Virus record (IMG/VR): IMGVR_UViG_3300034417_000014
Coordinates: 1-64,000 of that record
Reading direction: 5' to 3' (one strand)
Length of the DNA: 64,000 nucleotides
Source of the DNA: a virus
The notes beneath the pieces are model-generated. The model did not search any database and was not told the DNA's origin. It saw nothing but the letters and a program-made list of their open reading frames with translations. Made by a program: the position numbers and the translations under genes. This document shows, in pieces, positions 26,717-35,814 of this stretch. Position 1 is the first letter of the stretch; the number at the start of each line of letters is the position of its first letter.

Positions 26717-26966
26717 GGCTGTTGCGTTTGTTACAGACTCTCTAGAAGCAATCCCTTGGATTAAGAACCAGCGGCAAATCTTCCGTGCAAATAAGGAACG
26801 TGTAGCTAAGGCGCTGTTTGCTTTAGAAGTCGTGATTATGGTTGCAGTAATATACACCCTTTTCAATCCAATGCAAACTAATTTCCAAGAGCTCTTTTTC
26901 TTTTGGGCAATTGTGTTTGGGATTCTTCTAGATACTTACACTAGGTATGTGGTTGACATTCGGTAA
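26691..26966 (+). CDS. Membrane protein
   Basis: Two TM helices. Confidence 0.6.
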   Translation: MNLLNLIPRAVAFVTDSLEAIPWIKNQRQIFRANKERVAKALFALEVVIMVAVIYTLFNPMQTNFQELFFFWAIVFGILLDTYTRYVVDIR

Positions 26967-27003
26967 ATACCTAGCTAACATGTATCCAAGGAAGGAGTAG
27001 TAT

Positions 27004-27258
27004 ATGATTAGAAAGTATGGCCAATGGCTTATCGATCACAACTGTCGCTGGGTGCTACACACGATTGTCGTAGTGTATGCTGCACTAGCATTGATCCCTG
27101 TCAGCACGTATGCAGCGTTCTGTGCGTTCATAGACACCGTCGCACTAATGTTCCGCGATACTAAGGCAGTAATGGATCAAGTCAACGAAGCTAAGACTTC
27201 CCAGAAGATTATGGTTGACAAACTTGCACACTACAACGAGGACAACTACGATGTTTAA
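27004..27258 (+). CDS. Hypothetical membrane protein
   Basis: AAGGAG RBS. Confidence 0.65.
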   Translation: MIRKYGQWLIDHNCRWVLHTIVVVYAALALIPVSTYAAFCAFIDTVALMFRDTKAVMDQVNEAKTSQKIMVDKLAHYNEDNYDV

Positions 27259-27418
27259 GGCAATCAATGACTGGCTATATCGAACGTTTACTGAGCCGTT
27301 TGTTCCAGTTGACATCACATATCTCCCTGTAGTAAAATTGGAACCCGGGGATCTTGAAGGCTTCCCAGTCAAAATACAAGAGAAAGAATTAGAACCTCTC
27401 CCACCATTTATCTATTGA
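27251..27418 (+). CDS. Hypothetical protein
   Basis: GAGGA RBS. Confidence 0.55.
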   Translation: MFKAINDWLYRTFTEPFVPVDITYLPVVKLEPGDLEGFPVKIQEKELEPLPPFIY

Positions 27419-27474
27419 CATTCACTTCCTTGTCACTTATAATGTTTACACACTAAACAACTAGGTACAAGCAA

Positions 27475-27888
27475 ATGGCATATGTATCCCAAGACTTTAA
27501 AAAGAAAGTTTCCCCGATCATTAAGCAGATCATGCAGAAGTACAAACTGCGTGGCAGCTTGTCAGTAAACCATCACTCAACGCTTGTACTTACTATTAAG
27601 CAGGGCGAGCTTGACATCATTGGCAACTACAACGCACAGCTGAAAGAACGTAACCACACTGGCGAGCTAGTTTGCTACCGTGAGAAGTACATGGATGTCA
27701 ACACATATTGGATTGGCGAACAGTACACTGGCAAAGTTAAAGAATGCTTGGAAGAGATTTTAGTTGCAATGAAGGGTCCAGACTTTTTTGACAAGACGGA
27801 CATTATGACTGACTACTTCCACGTGTCACACTACATTAACATCCATGTAGGTCGTTGGGATAAGCCCTACGTTGTGCAAGCTGCATGA
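27475..27888 (+). CDS. Conserved phage hypothetical protein
   Basis: MAYVSQ...D.MTDYF...GRWDKPY; cassette promoter at 27415. Confidence 0.8.
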   Translation: MAYVSQDFKKKVSPIIKQIMQKYKLRGSLSVNHHSTLVLTIKQGELDIIGNYNAQLKERNHTGELVCYREKYMDVNTYWIGEQYTGKVKECLEEILVAMKGPDFFDKTDIMTDYFHVSHYINIHVGRWDKPYVVQAA

Positions 27889-28112
27889 ACAAGCAGCGCA
27901 TCATTATAGTAGACGAGTACGGTCCCGGCCGTGCTCAACTAGTAGCAGCGATCGAAGCACTGGGCATGGTAGTTTGTGAGCCCAGTGGCCACGGGTTGAC
28001 AATTAAACTAACTGACGGCATGGAACATCTCGCGGAGTGTCGCATTGTAGATCCAGTCGAGAAGCCTTACTGGCAACGCAACAGTGGCAAAGGTAAACGC
28101 AAAAAGTGGTAG
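27885..28112 (+). CDS. Hypothetical protein
   Basis: ATGA overlap. Confidence 0.65.
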   Translation: MNKQRIIIVDEYGPGRAQLVAAIEALGMVVCEPSGHGLTIKLTDGMEHLAECRIVDPVEKPYWQRNSGKGKRKKW

Positions 28113-28210
28113 ACCAAGATGACCTACCTGTACAGATTTATCAACCAAGATGACCTGCAGAAAAAACCTAACCTCCAATGATTTTCTGCAGGTTTTATCT
28201 ACAGAAATTG
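28113..28210. repeat. ACCT(A/G)CAGAAA / AACCTCCAA repeat block
   Basis: ACCAAGATGACCT twice; inverted ACCTGCAGAAAA...TTTTCTGCAGGT; the same motifs occur at 5700-5750 and 35815-36360. Confidence 0.7.
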
Positions 28211-28305
28211 CCTAACAAGAAAGACTTTTCAAAATCGTTTTATCAATAATTGACAACTAACTCTTTTCCACTTATAATGTTTACACACTAAGCAGGACAG
28301 ATACA

Positions 28306-28509
28306 ATGGCAAGCGTGTTTACTGTAACACTAGCAGGCAGTGGCGAACAAGAAGAGATCCTGATCGATGTTACGGACAGAGACAGCCTAGACTACTTCAA
28401 AGTGAACTCTGGCTGTTTAGAGTTTTACTCCCGCAATCAGTTTACTATCTATGCTCCAGGAACGTGGACACTAGTGACTTCTAAAGAGGTGCAGGCCGGT
28501 GCGTGGTAA
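28306..28509 (+). CDS. Hypothetical early protein
   Basis: Cassette promoter at 28250. Confidence 0.7.
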   Translation: MASVFTVTLAGSGEQEEILIDVTDRDSLDYFKVNSGCLEFYSRNQFTIYAPGTWTLVTSKEVQAGAW

Positions 28510-28762
28510 GTATAGCCCGACAATCTCCGAAGCATACTATAACGACCAGAAGTGGTTCGAAAGATATGCGAACGGCGAACAATATGATCCAGAAGGTTAT
28601 GACTCGTACGGCTATGATGTTTACGACATTGACAGAGCTGGCAACCACGAGAACGAATACTGTCGAGATGATCCTAACAGTGACTTCAACTCTAAGTATG
28701 ATGCTGCACAACTGGATTGGGGATTCGATGGGACTAAGCCAGTACTAATCTCCGCAGCATAG
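28499..28762 (+). CDS. Acidic protein with GYD repeats
   Basis: YDPEGYDSYGYDVYDIDRAG; GAGGT RBS. Confidence 0.7.
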   Translation: MRGKYSPTISEAYYNDQKWFERYANGEQYDPEGYDSYGYDVYDIDRAGNHENEYCRDDPNSDFNSKYDAAQLDWGFDGTKPVLISAA

Positions 28763-28945
28763 CATCGCCGCAAGCGCATGTCAACCGCCTACCTCCAGTC
28801 TCCACCAGCTTGCATAGTATAGCATCGCTGCCTGGGACCTGTCAACCGAAAATGGAAAAATCTGCAAAAATCTTCAAAAATTCTAGACCTCAGCCAACCG
28901 CTGCTGCCATGGTGACAAGCTACGCGATCCCGCAATAGGTGTCAA
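28756..28945 (-). promoter_or_regulatory. Three tandem antisense sigma70 promoters with no gene
   Basis: TTGACA-17-TATGCT (28756-84), TTGACA-18-TATACT (28816-45), TTGACA-17-TAGCTT (28917-45). Confidence 0.65.
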
Positions 28946-29029
28946 CCTATTTTGTTGCAACAAAGTGGTAGACATTTGGGAGATTGCTTGCTATAATGTT
29001 TACACACTAAAGCAAAGCGGAGCTACAAA

Positions 29030-29245
29030 ATGAAAGTAACTGTAAATAACACTACTGTAACTGTCAACAACAAAGACCTCCCCAGCGCGGGGAACGTTAC
29101 GCTGCTGCAAAATACTGTAGAAGTTGTTGACGACGAGCTGCGTTTTGTTGTAGTATGTAACCCTGGCTCGCGGGAACCCAAGCGCCAATATGCTTGCGCG
29201 TTCACAATGCACGGGGAGCTATTAGGCTACTTTACAGTTAATTAA
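29030..29245 (+). CDS. Hypothetical early protein
   Basis: Cassette promoter at about 28968. Confidence 0.7.
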   Translation: MKVTVNNTTVTVNNKDLPSAGNVTLLQNTVEVVDDELRFVVVCNPGSREPKRQYACAFTMHGELLGYFTVN

Positions 29246-29344
29246 TTTACAAAAGTCAAGCACTTTATGTTGTGTAAAGTGCTTGCTCTTCCACTTTCGT
29301 TCCGCTATAATGCTAACACACAAACAGCAAAGCAGGGCCAAAAA

Positions 29345-29509
29345 ATGCAACAGCAACTTACAGTTCAAGATTTCGAAATCGACCTGCAAAAACTTGCTAT
29401 CCGCTACAAGTCCAAAAACGTGCAGCGCAAAGCAGCGGGCCGCCTTGTTATTTCATTCTACGCACACATTGCCCCACAATGCAAGCAAATCATTGCCGCT
29501 AAGTATTAA
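29345..29509 (+). CDS. 54-aa protein, paralogue of 37188..37358
   Basis: QDF.ID and YAHIAPQC shared. Confidence 0.7.
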   Translation: MQQQLTVQDFEIDLQKLAIRYKSKNVQRKAAGRLVISFYAHIAPQCKQIIAAKY

Positions 29510-29601
29510 AAACAAAATGCAGGCACTGTAAAAAGTGCTTGCTCTTCCACTTTCGTTCCGCTATAATGTTTACACACTAAACAACAAGGGAACACAACAA
29601 G

Positions 29602-29790
29602 ATGCCTACTGTATACGCGCAGATTGCAGCATTGCTTAAAAACACAACAGCAGAGCTAACTACAGAGGAAGTACGCGAGATGCTTGCAGACGGGGACACT
29701 GCAGACTTGTTAGCGCGTGTTACGTGCAATATACAAGACGAGGACATAGTTGCGCAAGTAGAGACGCTTGTAGAGCAAGCAACAGATTAA
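29602..29790 (+). CDS. Small acidic early protein
   Basis: Cassette promoter at 29539. Confidence 0.7.
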   Translation: MPTVYAQIAALLKNTTAELTTEEVREMLADGDTADLLARVTCNIQDEDIVAQVETLVEQATD

Positions 29791-29863
29791 AAAGTGGTAG
29801 ACAAGCGGCAAGGACGCTGCTATAATGTTTACACACTAACAGCAGCGCAACGGAGCAACAACT

Positions 29864-30223
29864 ATGTCGTACACGGAATCTTATACCTACGTCGAGGCAC
29901 AATCTACGCTAACTAATGCCCAAGTGCTTGACTTCTGCAAAACCTTGCAATTGCAAGCGCCTGCTATCAACGCGCATAAAATTATGCAAAAAGCAACCAA
30001 AGTCTACGACCTGGACGACGACGTTATAGCATTAAGCAACGCCACAGTCAAGACAATTATGCAAGTCCTCAACCTTACGGAAGAGCAATTAAGCTGCCTG
30101 CATAGCGAGTTTAGTTTTAACAGCTCTACCGCCGAGGTTGACAGCGACCTAATATTTGTGCGTCTGCTACGCGACACTAGCAAGTACATTTCGGAATGGG
30201 AGGCTATTGTAGCAGACCAATAA
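29864..30223 (+). CDS. Acidic early protein
   Basis: Cassette promoter at 29798. Confidence 0.75.
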   Translation: MSYTESYTYVEAQSTLTNAQVLDFCKTLQLQAPAINAHKIMQKATKVYDLDDDVIALSNATVKTIMQVLNLTEEQLSCLHSEFSFNSSTAEVDSDLIFVRLLRDTSKYISEWEAIVADQ

Positions 30224-30319
30224 ACAAAATGCAAGCACTTTATGTTGTGTAAAGTGCTTGCTCTTTCACTTTAGTTCCACTATAATGTTTACACACTAAA
30301 GCAAACGGGAACTAAGAAA

Positions 30320-30532
30320 ATGGCACTTAACATTGTAGTAAGCGAAGCTACTGTCGAGGGCACCCGCACTATTTCGATCAACGGCCAACCTACTGCGTAC
30401 AAAATGCAACTAGACGAGAAGGGCTGGTGGCTTGTAACATACGGCGAGGAGTTTGTCGACTACTTTTTGCACTTGCATTGCATTTATTACACAATTGAAA
30501 TAGACTACACAATTATCCGCAAAATGGGTTGA
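30320..30532 (+). CDS. Hypothetical early protein
   Basis: Cassette promoter at 30258. Confidence 0.7.
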   Translation: MALNIVVSEATVEGTRTISINGQPTAYKMQLDEKGWWLVTYGEEFVDYFLHLHCIYYTIEIDYTIIRKMG

Positions 30533-30588
30533 CATTCCTTTCCACTTTCGTTATAATGTTTACACACTAAACAAACGGAGTAGTAAAA

Positions 30589-30780
30589 ATGCTAACAGCA
30601 GAAGACGGCGCAAAGATGAAAGATCTCAAGGCGCGTGTATTGGCAAACAAGCCAGTCTCCGATGTTGAGAAGCAGTGGATCTTGGATAAGCTAAAGCAAG
30701 AGAAGTCGCTTGTCAACCCCAAAGTTGTACAAGCTGCGCGCAACAGTGGCTTCAACGTAGATGGGATACTTGTCAAGTGA
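30589..30780 (+). CDS. Hypothetical early protein
   Basis: Cassette promoter at 30529. Confidence 0.7.
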   Translation: MLTAEDGAKMKDLKARVLANKPVSDVEKQWILDKLKQEKSLVNPKVVQAARNSGFNVDGILVK

Positions 30781-30998
30781 AATTACTCGATCCGTTGCTT
30801 CCCTTCTTGTCAATACACGGAAACACGTACATTGTCAAGTCTGGCCATATTGTTCGGAGCAATGACGTAGACGTTAGCTTCTTTTACGTGGAAGGTCAAC
30901 AGGTCATTGCATACTTTGAGAACGAGCAGGACGGGGCCTACGAGGAAGTTATTCACAGTCTAAGCGTAATAAAAGTATTCGAAAGAGTTGACTTTTAG
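30777..30998 (+). CDS. Hypothetical protein
   Basis: GTGA overlap. Confidence 0.6.
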   Translation: MKLLDPLLPFLSIHGNTYIVKSGHIVRSNDVDVSFFYVEGQQVIAYFENEQDGAYEEVIHSLSVIKVFERVDF

Positions 30999-31047
30999 TT
31001 CCACTTCCGCTATTATGTTTACACACTAAACAACTAGGTGCAAGCAA

Positions 31048-31266
31048 ATGGCGGAATACACTTTAGTTAGACAGCAAAAGAAGAGCAGCGGGTTCTCCGG
31101 GTACCTCCTGGAGCATGGGGAACAAGTCGCAGCAGTCACCCGACCAAACGGAACAGTGCGGGATTATAAAGTCCGGTGGTTCACTGATCGTGCTATAGCA
31201 CGTTTCCAAACGTATTGCAACTGCCTATCCATCGAAGAAACACTCGAGGCATTAGAGCCAAAATAG
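31048..31266 (+). CDS. Hypothetical early protein
   Basis: Cassette promoter at 30988. Confidence 0.7.
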   Translation: MAEYTLVRQQKKSSGFSGYLLEHGEQVAAVTRPNGTVRDYKVRWFTDRAIARFQTYCNCLSIEETLEALEPK

Positions 31267-31330
31267 TGGTAGACAAGCGGGGGAAACCCCGCTATAATGT
31301 TTACATACTAAAGCAAACGGAGCAAAGAAC

Positions 31331-31690
31331 ATGATCGAAGACTACAGCACAATCAAAGTTGGGCAGCAAGTATCCGTACAAAGCAGAGGGCACTCTGAGG
31401 GCGTTTACGAGGTAACTAAAGTAAACAAGATGCGCGTAGAAGTCAAGCGTATATCCGACGGATACGAACGTGCGTTTTCTGTCAAGACCCAAATTGAACT
31501 TAACCGACTTTACCGCGATCGTTACAACACAGCGCGCATTGAAACAGTGCATACCAAAATGGTGCGGGAAGCATGCGAAGCAGCGCGTAGAATTAAGCGT
31601 GAACTGTTTGACAAAGCTGCAGAAGCAGCTACACGTAACCATCTCGCAGATCTCAAAGAACTTGTCCAACAACTCGAAAACTTAGCATAA
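31331..31690 (+). CDS. Hypothetical early protein
   Basis: Cassette promoter at 31270. Confidence 0.75.
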   Translation: MIEDYSTIKVGQQVSVQSRGHSEGVYEVTKVNKMRVEVKRISDGYERAFSVKTQIELNRLYRDRYNTARIETVHTKMVREACEAARRIKRELFDKAAEAATRNHLADLKELVQQLENLA

Positions 31691-31700
31691 GGAAGGGGCA

Positions 31701-32012
31701 ATGTCAATGGTCAACCCAATCATCGTAGTATTGTGTTCCGTAGCAGTCCTATTCGTAGTAGGCTACATAGCTGTCCAGGGTGGCGTGAAGGAGTCACTGT
31801 GCGCGTTCCTTTGCTTTACAGCAGCAACAGTCACGATCATAACCTACAACGCAGGGCACGGGAATCTTGTTGCTATGGGCTTTACAGGGGCGGTGGCGCT
31901 GCTCATGGCGTGCATGTGGTCATGGAAAAATCCACTCAACAAGGCACTAACCCTCCTCCTAATACTAACAGCACTCTTGAACTCTGTCAACTTTTATCAT
32001 TTGTTTAAATAG
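31701..32012 (+). CDS. Four-TM membrane protein
   Basis: Hydrophobic; AAGGA RBS. Confidence 0.7.
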   Translation: MSMVNPIIVVLCSVAVLFVVGYIAVQGGVKESLCAFLCFTAATVTIITYNAGHGNLVAMGFTGAVALLMACMWSWKNPLNKALTLLLILTALLNSVNFYHLFK

Positions 32013-32075
32013 TGGTAGACAAGTGGGTGAAAGCCCGCTATAATGTTTACATACTAAACAAACGGAGTAAAGCAA

Positions 32076-32363
32076 ATGGCTAAGCAAACAATGAAGCACA
32101 AAGTTAAAGCATTGTTGGACGAGAACGGCTTGGAATATGGCCGCAACAAAGCAGGCGACATTGTAGTGCGCAAGGGCTACTTTTACAAAGGCAACGCTAC
32201 GCACGAAGCATTGGCAACGCGCATTATGGGAATGTTGACACAGGAAGGATTACGTGCTACGGTGGTCGAGTCCTACGATCAATGGGCCCCGTTTAACGGC
32301 GGGGCAAGCACTGCAAAAAACTCCCACTTCGCAGTTGTACTCCGCGTAACAGAGGAAGCGTAA
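32076..32363 (+). CDS. Hypothetical early protein
   Basis: Cassette promoter at about 32016. Confidence 0.75.
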   Translation: MAKQTMKHKVKALLDENGLEYGRNKAGDIVVRKGYFYKGNATHEALATRIMGMLTQEGLRATVVESYDQWAPFNGGASTAKNSHFAVVLRVTEEA

Positions 32364-32677
32364 ATAGTGGTAGACAAGCGGGGGAAACCCCGCTATAATG
32401 TTTACATACTAAACAAGTGGAGCAAAGCAAATGGCACATACATTTACAACTTGGAATGCTTATGTAAACAATCGTAAGATTGACAGCGCGCATTACTTGT
32501 CGTCCATGACCAAAGAGGACGTGACCAAAGATATGCAAGTGTGGGCAGATTATTTCCTCCCTGTCAAGAAGGCATCCAAAATTGTAGTGCGCAAAGCCCG
32601 CAAATAGTGGTAGACAAGCGGGGGAAACCCCGCTATAATGTTTACATACTAAACAAGTGGAGCAAAGCAAATGGCAC
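32362..32677 (+). repeat. Exact 76-bp direct repeat of the promoter cassette (32362-32437 and 32602-32677)
   Basis: AAATAGTGGTAGACAAGCGGGGGAAACCCCGCTATAATGTTTACATACTAAACAAGTGGAGCAAAGCAAATGGCAC twice, 240 bp apart. Confidence 0.95.
32431..32607 (+). CDS. 58-aa early protein (not in track)
   Basis: MAHTFTTWNAYVNN...VVRKARK, between the identical cassettes. Confidence 0.7.
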   Translation: MAHTFTTWNAYVNNRKIDSAHYLSSMTKEDVTKDMQVWADYFLPVKKASKIVVRKARK

Positions 32678-32880
32678 GCAACATGTTAACATTGGAAACA
32701 GTACACGGCGTAATGTTTTGCAAGCTGGGAGCAAAGCGTCCAACCCCAGCGCAAGCGGCTACAGCACTGGAACAACTGTCCCCAGTAGTATACGCTAAAC
32801 AAGTTTTGGGCGTACAGCGGGCAGCAGACAGCACTACAGCAGCGGTCCTGCGCTACTTGGAAGCAATTAAAAACGGTTAA
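32671..32880 (+). CDS. Hypothetical early protein
   Basis: Cassette promoter at 32611. Confidence 0.7.
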   Translation: MARNMLTLETVHGVMFCKLGAKRPTPAQAATALEQLSPVVYAKQVLGVQRAADSTTAAVLRYLEAIKNG

Positions 32881-32959
32881 GAAAGATGCAATAAGTGGTA
32901 GACAAACGAAAGTTTACCACTTATAATGTTTACACACTAAAGCAAACGAGTAAACAAAT

Positions 32960-33178
32960 ATGTTTCAAATATCCGGCTTTTACTTAGACCAAAAATTGGT
33001 TGACTTGTTCGACAAACTCACAGCAGTGCCAAACGTGCAGGCAGGGCAAGTGGCAGCGGGTATGAACGTGGCGTTGGGACAATTGACCAACTGCCGCACA
33101 ATCCAAACTGCAAAGGACTTGACTTCTTTTGTAGAGGCAGTTGAACACTTTAAAGAAAACGAAACAGAAAAAGGTTGA
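32960..33178 (+). CDS. Hypothetical early protein
   Basis: Cassette promoter at 32899. Confidence 0.7.
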   Translation: MFQISGFYLDQKLVDLFDKLTAVPNVQAGQVAAGMNVALGQLTNCRTIQTAKDLTSFVEAVEHFKENETEKG

Positions 33179-33249
33179 CTTACCGAAACACTTCCACTAT
33201 ACTGTTAACACTTAAACAAACAACTTAACTAGCAAACGGAGCAACAGAA

Positions 33250-33630
33250 ATGAAAAAATTCACAGTAGCGGGTTTTAGCGTTTCCGAGAAAGGCGAACAC
33301 AAAATGCGTTTTGCCAATCATCCAAACCGTGTACGTGTACTGCACTATGCCGGCCACACAGACATCCAACTGTACAAGCTGCCACGCGCAATGGACAAGG
33401 ACAAAGCTACAGCATGGCTGGAAGCAGGCTCCTACAAAGAGGTTGAGCAGATTGCATATGCTCCCCGCGCTGAAGCAGCTCCAAAAGAAGCTACACCAAA
33501 AACAAAGAAAGTCAAGACATTGACTTTTGAGCAAGCACTTGAACAGATCCCATTGCGCGAGAAAGGACGCTTTATTAAGAAGGCAGTGCGCGAGGAAATG
33601 GCACGGGAGCTGATGGCAGCACAGGCGTAA
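33250..33630 (+). CDS. Conserved phage hypothetical protein with basic tail
   Basis: FTVAGFS...RFAN...GHTDIQL..LP..MDK; promoter at 33175. Confidence 0.8.
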   Translation: MKKFTVAGFSVSEKGEHKMRFANHPNRVRVLHYAGHTDIQLYKLPRAMDKDKATAWLEAGSYKEVEQIAYAPRAEAAPKEATPKTKKVKTLTFEQALEQIPLREKGRFIKKAVREEMARELMAAQA

Positions 33631-33737
33631 CACAATCCCTCCAACAGAGCAAGCACTTTAAATAACATAAGGTGCTTGCTCTTTCTTTTCACTTTGCTTA
33701 TAATACTTACACACAAACAGCAAAGGGAACACAAAAA

Positions 33738-34031
33738 ATGACTACTTATGTTAAACTTGTTAAATGCAATGTTAGCAGCATTTGGGAAGACATGTGTAGC
33801 TGCAACTACAACGAGCTGGGCGAGAGCTATACAGTAGCAACAGACGAAGACGAGGAAATGGTCTACGCTGACGACGTTGTTGTTGACAAAGTAGTAGAAG
33901 CTAGTGTAGTAACTATGATTGGCAGCGCGGGCGGGGAAGTACGCTGTTTTGAAGAGACGCACAAAGTTTTGCTTGACAAAGACGGAAACGTGTTTATTTT
34001 AGAAGACGATTTTGAGGAGTATTTTTGCTAA
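33738..34031 (+). CDS. Highly acidic early protein (DNA-mimic candidate)
   Basis: ATDEDEEMVYADD...LEDDFEEYFC; stem-loop promoter at 33676. Confidence 0.7.
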   Translation: MTTYVKLVKCNVSSIWEDMCSCNYNELGESYTVATDEDEEMVYADDVVVDKVVEASVVTMIGSAGGEVRCFEETHKVLLDKDGNVFILEDDFEEYFC

Positions 34032-34108
34032 TAGCGTAACAAAGTGGTAGACAACAGGGACGTTGTTTGCTATTATGTTTACACACTAAAGCAAACGGAG
34101 CAGCGCAA

Positions 34109-34252
34109 ATGAAGATCGAAGCATACGGCGTGAAGGGCATGAAGAGCAAGCAATGGAGCAAAACCTTTGCAAGTGAAGCAGCAATGGAAGCGTGGTGCGA
34201 GAAGAACGATGCGCAAGTCCTGGGCTACAGGGAGGCAGAGCAAAGCAAGTAA
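34109..34252 (+). CDS. 47-aa early protein
   Basis: MKIEAYGVKGMKSKQW; cassette promoter at 34048. Confidence 0.65.
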   Translation: MKIEAYGVKGMKSKQWSKTFASEAAMEAWCEKNDAQVLGYREAEQSK

Positions 34253-34311
34253 ATAATGGTAGACTAGCGGGGGAAACCCCGCTATACTGTCTGCACATTA
34301 AAGGAGCACAC

Positions 34312-34539
34312 ATGGAAACAAAAGTTAAAGACGTATTAAAAACACTCATGAAGAACCGTTGCAGTGAACTTTCCAGAACGGTTGACGGCCTTGGCAAAAA
34401 GATGCGTGAGGCAAAGAACGATCCTGACAAACTAGCAGAAGTCAAGCTGTTGTATGCTGAGTACAGGGGCAGGCTAGAAGAAGCAAAGAACGGATATCGT
34501 CAACTAGAAACTGCAGAACAATTAGCTAAGAACGGTTGA
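34312..34539 (+). CDS. Hypothetical coiled-coil protein
   Basis: AAGGAG RBS; promoter at 34260. Confidence 0.7.
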   Translation: METKVKDVLKTLMKNRCSELSRTVDGLGKKMREAKNDPDKLAEVKLLYAEYRGRLEEAKNGYRQLETAEQLAKNG

Positions 34540-34595
34540 CTTCCCACTTCCATACCGCTATAATGTTTACACACTAAACAAGCGGAGCAACTAGC

Positions 34596-34784
34596 ATGTC
34601 CAACAACGTAGCCAAGCAACTAGCAGATAACAAGATCCCGTTTACTACTAAGCGCACAATGAGCAACGGGTTCCACGGCACAGTGTTTTTGTTCCCTACA
34701 AGATACGCTGCTGTCAAGGCACAGAAGGTTACTGGCCTCACGTGGACACGCTACAACAAAGAGTGGCAGTTTACAACCTATTAA
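34596..34784 (+). CDS. Hypothetical early protein
   Basis: Cassette promoter at 34536. Confidence 0.7.
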   Translation: MSNNVAKQLADNKIPFTTKRTMSNGFHGTVFLFPTRYAAVKAQKVTGLTWTRYNKEWQFTTY

Positions 34785-34849
34785 TGTGGTTGACATGTGG
34801 AAAGGATTCCACTATAATGTTTACACACTAAGCAACTGAGTACAAGAAC

Positions 34850-35125
34850 ATGGCAAACCAACTGTGTCAACTAATTGATTTGTTAGGCGTGACATTGACA
34901 GACGACAGGATAGGCGTGCATGTTAGAGGTGAGCTAGACATCTACATGTTGGTGTTGACAGACAAGGTAGAGTGGCAAGACCCTAATGACCCAACGTGTG
35001 GCAACGGTGATGGCTTGCTATACTTCACAGCTAAGGTACAGGCACGTGACTGGTCAGGCGAGCAGTATGAAGAAACACTCTTATGCGCCTACAGTCAAGA
35101 AGAAAACTTCATTTATATTAGTTGA
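34850..35125 (+). CDS. Acidic early protein
   Basis: Cassette promoter at 34790. Confidence 0.7.
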   Translation: MANQLCQLIDLLGVTLTDDRIGVHVRGELDIYMLVLTDKVEWQDPNDPTCGNGDGLLYFTAKVQARDWSGEQYEETLLCAYSQEENFIYIS

Positions 35126-35182
35126 CATTCCTTTCCACTTCCACTATAATGTTTACATACTAAAGCAACGGAGCAAAGCAAA

Positions 35183-35374
35183 ATGGCAAAACTAATTACG
35201 TTACTGGTGTGTTTGGTTATGGTCATTGGTGGTGGTGGCTTTTTTGTACACTACGCTAAGGAGTGGATTGAGAAGTGGAACATGGACACTTGGGTAACTG
35301 ACGTTGTGGTGCTTGGTTGTGCTGCTAACGTGTTTTTTATGGGCTTCATCCTCGCATACAGCATCTGCTACTAA
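35183..35374 (+). CDS. Small membrane protein
   Basis: Cassette promoter at 35122; two TM helices. Confidence 0.7.
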   Translation: MAKLITLLVCLVMVIGGGGFFVHYAKEWIEKWNMDTWVTDVVVLGCAANVFFMGFILAYSICY

Positions 35375-35375
35375 G

Positions 35376-35534
35376 ATGTCAACCTTAAACGTATTACTCC
35401 TGGCAGCGGCCATTGTAGTGCTAGTCTCCCGACCGGGTCTAGCACTGCTTATACTGTTCGTTATAGCGTGTATCAAATGGCCTTTACTGTTTATCATACT
35501 GCTAGTAATCCTTGTTATAGGAGCTGGCAAGTGA
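35376..35534 (+). CDS. Small hydrophobic protein
   Basis: Operonic. Confidence 0.55.
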   Translation: MSTLNVLLLAAAIVVLVSRPGLALLILFVIACIKWPLLFIILLVILVIGAGK

Positions 35535-35728
35535 GCATACGCTACGTCTACCACAAGGTGAAGGGTGACAGGTTTGAAGGCCCTTCCTACCAATTACTCT
35601 GTACCTACTCAGAGAAGACTTTAGCAGAAGGCGAGGCATTTGTCAAGTCTGCTAGGGAGAAGCTGAGTAAGAAGAACTCCTTCCATTCTATCGTTGTACG
35701 CAAAACCAAAGCCCCTGAACACTGGTAA
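35531..35728 (+). CDS. Hypothetical protein
   Basis: AGGAG RBS, GTGA overlap. Confidence 0.6.
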   Translation: MSIRYVYHKVKGDRFEGPSYQLLCTYSEKTLAEGEAFVKSAREKLSKKNSFHSIVVRKTKAPEHW

Positions 35729-35814
35729 GCAAAGGCTGTTTAAACGCTCTACGACGCCCGTACAGCAGTTCTAACCAGAGAAGTGTATCTAAGCAAGCCC
35801 CTTGGTCAAAACAG

